Source of the DNA: an uncultured virus (IMG/VR IMGVR_UViG_3300037189_025323)
Taxonomy: Duplodnaviria > Heunggongvirae > Uroviricota > Caudoviricetes
Direction: 5' to 3' (one strand)
Virus record (IMG/VR): IMGVR_UViG_3300037189_025323
Location: 52,814 to 72,813 of that record
DNA: 20,000 nt
The notes beneath the pieces were generated by a model. That model was not told the origin of the DNA. It did no database searches and saw only the letters and a program-made list of their open reading frames with translations. A program made the position numbers and the translations under genes. This document shows positions 16,354 to 20,000 of the stretch, in pieces (positions within the stretch are counted from its first letter, which is position 1; each line of letters begins with the position of its first letter).

Positions 16354-18026
16354 TGTTGACTCCTAGAATAAAAACTTTCCAGCTTTGGTATAACCATAGT
16401 CGGAACATTCTCTTGATTACCCCAAGAATATTCTTTGAAATTTTTATCTCCCATAACAATAAAAGCAGGAATATTAAACCATTGTGCTAAATGCTGAAGC
16501 CACCCCGCATTCCCAATAAATATTGAACCCTTCATAAAAAAAGAAACCGTCTCGTCAAAACCACCATCCTCACTAACCATTGCAATTGCCCTCTTACCCC
16601 CATTCAACATTTTTACCCGCTCAAGAACAGGAGAATCCATAACGTTTTGAAGTAAAATCGTATCTCTAGGGTTTTCAAAATCCCCGTTGATAATAACAGG
16701 ATCAATATTTAAATCATAAAAACCAGAAGATCTAGAAACCCATTCCAACAAATGCTTTTCTTTTAGCTTGGAAGGAAGTGATATCTTTGCTCCTAATTCA
16801 TTAGAAAGACTTATTTTGGCAAATTTGGACATCAAAGCCCTCTGCCAATCGTCCTTAACAAATACGCTTATATCAGCCAAGCCTTTATTAACACAATTAG
16901 AAAACACCATTGCTGCAATCATTGCCAAACCTTTATCTTCTGGCAATGTGAAATTACAAATACGCTTTGTAACTTCTTTTGCTTCAGGATTAGCTTCTGG
17001 TTGTACTGGCTGTACTACTTGTGCTAATTGCCCGGTTTCTCCAACCAAAGATAAACACTCACCAATTTTTGCGGTTGGATAATCAGAATAAGAATAGCGA
17101 GAAACAAAAAGTCTGGCATCTTTCGGATATGGAGTAGACAAAGCCATCTTATACCAAAGAATCGCCTTTTCATAGTCCTTAAAATAAAAAGCAACATCAC
17201 CTAAAAAACAAAAAGATTCTGCAAAACGAAAATCTTCTGTCAAAGACCTAAGAACCTCATTCCGGCTCTCTTCTAATTTTCCAGAACGAAATAAACACTG
17301 AGCTTTATAATACCTTGCAAAATATCTCTCCTCATTCCAATTGGAAACTTGAAGATATTTATCATAAAAATCTATGGCTTTATCATACTGACCATCTTCC
17401 CTATACCCATTAGCCAAGTAAAACATGGTCCTAGGATCTTGACGCTTCCTGCGGTAATAATCCTTTTCCATAATAGCAATATTACGCTTTGAGGAAGAAA
17501 CAGTCTTGTGCTCCGGAAGATGCTGAATAACAACGTCCTTCCGAATATAAAGAGGGAAGCCATTTGTGTTTAAATATTCATGACAAGCATGCGTCTCATC
17601 GAAAAAGATGTCTGCATTATTTTTGAAAAGACGGCAATGCTCAAAGCGCAAAAATCCATAAGAAATATCAAAAGAAAAAAGACAAGGGTTCTTTTCTGTA
17701 TTAATAATCCCCAAAATCTTATTTATATTCTCTTCATCTATGTAATCATCTGCATCCCACCAAAGCAGCCAATCTTTCGTACACTTCTTGATTGCCTCAT
17801 TTTTTGCTTTACCAAACTCAAAATCAGAAAAATGAGTATCTTTGTTAAAATATTCTGAATCAAAAAGCTTAACTCTTGAGAAGGTTGCTGCAATTTCTTT
17901 AGATTTGTCAGTTGATCCAGTATCAACAACAATAATCTCATCGGCAAATTTAGAAACTGTAGATAAACACCTTGCAATACAACCCTCTTCGTTTTTCATG
18001 ATAATAGATACAGACAAAGAACTCAT
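16347..18026 (-). CDS. Glycosyltransferase family 2 with TPR repeats and a C-terminal GT9-like segment
   Basis: LSVSIIMKNEE, EIIVVDTGSTD, DADD (DxD), RLF, HE; TPR repeats FYLANGYREDGQYDKAIDFY and FLGDVAFYFKDYEKAILWY; C-terminal FIGNAGWLQHLAQWFNIPAFIVMG. Confidence 0.9.
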   Translation of the reverse strand: MSSLSVSIIMKNEEGCIARCLSTVSKFADEIIVVDTGSTDKSKEIAATFSRVKLFDSEYFNKDTHFSDFEFGKAKNEAIKKCTKDWLLWWDADDYIDEENINKILGIINTEKNPCLFSFDISYGFLRFEHCRLFKNNADIFFDETHACHEYLNTNGFPLYIRKDVVIQHLPEHKTVSSSKRNIAIMEKDYYRRKRQDPRTMFYLANGYREDGQYDKAIDFYDKYLQVSNWNEERYFARYYKAQCLFRSGKLEESRNEVLRSLTEDFRFAESFCFLGDVAFYFKDYEKAILWYKMALSTPYPKDARLFVSRYSYSDYPTAKIGECLSLVGETGQLAQVVQPVQPEANPEAKEVTKRICNFTLPEDKGLAMIAAMVFSNCVNKGLADISVFVKDDWQRALMSKFAKISLSNELGAKISLPSKLKEKHLLEWVSRSSGFYDLNIDPVIINGDFENPRDTILLQNVMDSPVLERVKMLNGGKRAIAMVSEDGGFDETVSFFMKGSIFIGNAGWLQHLAQWFNIPAFIVMGDKNFKEYSWGNQENVPTMVIPKLESFYSRSQQW

Positions 18027-18042
18027 CTATAGCCACCTTTCT

Positions 18043-18273
18043 CTATTTACAACAACAACCAGAACCCGTGTTGGGTCTCCAATCAGGATGAGGAAGGAAA
18101 TCATGACCCTCTTGTAATTCTTGACTCTCTACCCTTAAAATAGCCTCTCTAATGTCTTCTACTCTCAACCCAACAGCAGGAGCCCTACTGGCTACAATTA
18201 GCTGTGCAGCCTCATTATACCGCCCAAAAATAGAATGAACCAAGGCTTCTTTAAGTTTTTCTACATCAATCAT
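18043..18273 (-). CDS. Small hypothetical protein (76 aa) ending in GSGCCCK
   Basis: ATG 18273 lies 11 nt after the upstream stop, and the ORF fills the gap before the GT gene. Confidence 0.65.
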   Translation of the reverse strand: MIDVEKLKEALVHSIFGRYNEAAQLIVASRAPAVGLRVEDIREAILRVESQELQEGHDFLPHPDWRPNTGSGCCCK

Positions 18274-18284
18274 AAAAACACAGA

Positions 18285-19067
18285 TTAAGGGGTTGTTGGG
18301 GGCCATTCATAGGGAAGAAAAACATAAGAAAAGTCACCACTTCCACTTCCAAGCTCCATTTTTATTACGTCACCAGCCTTTACCCTCAATGGATAAGCAT
18401 AATAAAACGCGGGATTTGTCGGAGTATACCAAACATATCCATTGATAGATACACGGAAAAAAAAAGCAGTGCTACTCCAAAATCTCATTACTCCATCAAG
18501 TGGAACGGTAAATTCAACTGGCATCTCTGTGTGAAGGATGTTTAATCTAGAGTGCTGAGGCAATTGACTTACACATACATCGCATGGGTCCCAAGTTCTG
18601 TGTACAGGTCCTAAACCCAAAGAACTATCATCATAATACCAAGTATATGACTGATAATTCAAAACATCGGTTGCGCCAACAGAAATAGTTGGAACTCCAG
18701 GAAGTGGCTGTTGAAGCTGAGCCGTCCCTGTGTAATTCCCATTATACATCCATCCTGGAAATGAAATAACAAAATGATCAGCGTCCGGAATCATCACCAC
18801 AGGATAGGTTCCATCAACCACATTCGCTGAACTGTTAACCATATTTACTTTTACAAAATTTGTTAATACCATGCCATGACTAGGCCATACAATTTCCATT
18901 ACATAATTACTATTGATCTCACCCGTTACATTTGTCTCAGGAAACCTCACCAACCCATAACAAGTCGCAAGGGAAGTTTCACCCCCTGTTACTGTTGTAT
19001 GGGTAGAAAAATGCTTCCAAGCATAACCATAATTATTAGGAGCATAAACAGTAGTAGCATCTGACAT
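18285..19067 (-). CDS. Hypothetical beta-rich protein, probably virion-associated; paralogue of 19076-19861
   Basis: SHGM...GTYPV...DADHF module, YTWYYDD..G.G..HR.W motif, C-terminal FLPYEWP. Confidence 0.8.
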   Translation of the reverse strand: MSDATTVYAPNNYGYAWKHFSTHTTVTGGETSLATCYGLVRFPETNVTGEINSNYVMEIVWPSHGMVLTNFVKVNMVNSSANVVDGTYPVVMIPDADHFVISFPGWMYNGNYTGTAQLQQPLPGVPTISVGATDVLNYQSYTWYYDDSSLGLGPVHRTWDPCDVCVSQLPQHSRLNILHTEMPVEFTVPLDGVMRFWSSTAFFFRVSINGYVWYTPTNPAFYYAYPLRVKAGDVIKMELGSGSGDFSYVFLPYEWPPTTP

Positions 19068-19075
19068 GAATCACC

Positions 19076-19861
19076 TCATGGCCAAGTATAAGGAAGAAAG
19101 ACAGATCCAACATGACCCTGTAAGTCATACCCTGGCACACTATAATGGGACTTCGCCCATTTAGTAGCTGCTGTTACTACGTCACCTGCTATTAATCTAT
19201 ATGGAACAGCATTACTTTGACCACCTTCGGTCGTTCCTACATAAACATCATTTATATAAATATAACCAGCTATCGCGCCTCTTTCCCGATAATCATGCCA
19301 CACCCTCAGAACTCCACTTCTGGTTACTGTAATTAAGCTAAGAGTCCTGTAAACTTCATTTACAGGTTCTCCAGCATAAACATCGTGACAATTTACTGGC
19401 AAATTACAAACAGCCATTTGGCAAGCCGTCCAAATTCTATGAGCACCCCCACCCCCTCTTCCATTATCATCATAATACCAAGTATAATCAGCATATCCGG
19501 TTGCGTCCCCATCCTCTATCGAATCTGTTGCTTGGCCAACTGAAGGTTGTGTCTTCTTACATATACCACTGGAAGAATGACCTATATATATTCCAGTAAT
19601 ATTCATAACATAAAAATTATCAGCATCTATTACTGAATAAACAGGCAAGGTCCCTGAATACGAACCACCAGTACCAGATATACTTAAATAAACACCGCAT
19701 CCTGCAACCAAACCATGAGCAACGTAAGGGACTCTCCACAAATTATTAGCAACATAAACAACCCCCGTTACGCTAACTCCCGCATCATAAACCTTGCCAT
19801 AAGCAATGCCATTAACTCGACAAGCTTCCCCAAAATTCATTGGAACTCTAATATTAGCCAT
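19076..19861 (-). CDS. Hypothetical beta-rich protein, probably virion-associated; paralogue of 18285-19067
   Basis: AHGL...GTLPV...DADNF module, YTWYYDDNGRGGGGAHRIW motif, C-terminal FLPYTWP. Confidence 0.8.
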   Translation of the reverse strand: MANIRVPMNFGEACRVNGIAYGKVYDAGVSVTGVVYVANNLWRVPYVAHGLVAGCGVYLSISGTGGSYSGTLPVYSVIDADNFYVMNITGIYIGHSSSGICKKTQPSVGQATDSIEDGDATGYADYTWYYDDNGRGGGGAHRIWTACQMAVCNLPVNCHDVYAGEPVNEVYRTLSLITVTRSGVLRVWHDYRERGAIAGYIYINDVYVGTTEGGQSNAVPYRLIAGDVVTAATKWAKSHYSVPGYDLQGHVGSVFLPYTWP

Positions 19862-19885
19862 AAAACTAAATCCTTTAACTTTATC

Positions 19886-19999
19886 TTAATAATAACTTGG
19901 ATAAGTACATTCTGCATATTCATAAGAAAGCTGAGTTTCATAATAAGTACAAGCCGCATATTCATAAGAAAGCTGAGTTTCATAATAAGTACAAGCCGC
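19886..19999 (-). CDS. 3' end of a CDS entering the window, with 14-aa tandem repeats
   Basis: Translates as AACTYYETQLSYEY AACTYYETQLSYEY AECTYPSYY*, stopping 24 nt before the next ATG. Confidence 0.6.
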   Translation of the reverse strand, partial: AACTYYETQLSYEYAACTYYETQLSYEYAECTYPSYY

Positions 20000-20000
20000 A
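19914..20000. repeat. Perfect 42-bp tandem repeat, at least 2 copies, reaching the window edge
   Basis: gcatattcataagaaagctgagtttcataataagtacaagcc at 19914-19955 and 19956-19997, then gca; partial ataagtaca at 19901-19909. Confidence 0.95.

Noticed and set aside
18457..18465. T9 run (coding strand) as a slippage site; similar T run near 7108-7115
   Set aside because: Both ORFs continue in frame to sensible ends (Phe codons), and no alternative-frame product is evident.
19914..20000. CRISPR array
   Set aside because: Units are directly adjacent with no spacers, the length is a multiple of 3, and it reads as an open frame on the coding strand.

Overview
All credible genes lie on the minus strand and are tightly packed, often overlapping. 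The window looks like part of a large (probably jumbo or huge) dsDNA phage genome. Reading in the direction of transcription (20000 to 1) there are two blocks. The first is a virion/accessory block: the 3' end of a repeat-containing CDS, two tandem paralogous beta-rich proteins, a small Cys-tailed protein, a GT2-TPR glycosyltransferase and a BppU-like protein. The second is a replication/recombination block: SNF2 helicase with two LAGLIDADG inteins, DnaB helicase, a YhaM-like OB+HD protein with a degenerate HD site, DnaG primase, a sigma-70-like factor, a 4-Cys protein, a Ski2/Hel308-like helicase split around a uracil-DNA glycosylase gene, a HEAT-repeat protein, a hypothetical, a UvsY-like mediator, a gp32-like SSB, a terminator and recA (truncated at the window edge). 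The main observations are: (1) the Hel308-like helicase is cut in two at motif V by a UDG gene, with no intein or intron; (2) the SSB gene ends in A AAA AAG TAA, and a start-less 95-aa ORF in the -1 frame adds a 4-Cys domain also found in another gene of the block, suggesting programmed frameshifting; (3) a class 3-type intein appears to start with Phe; (4) a probably catalytically dead YhaM homologue sits between helicase and primase. All calls come from motif recognition by eye; no searches were run.
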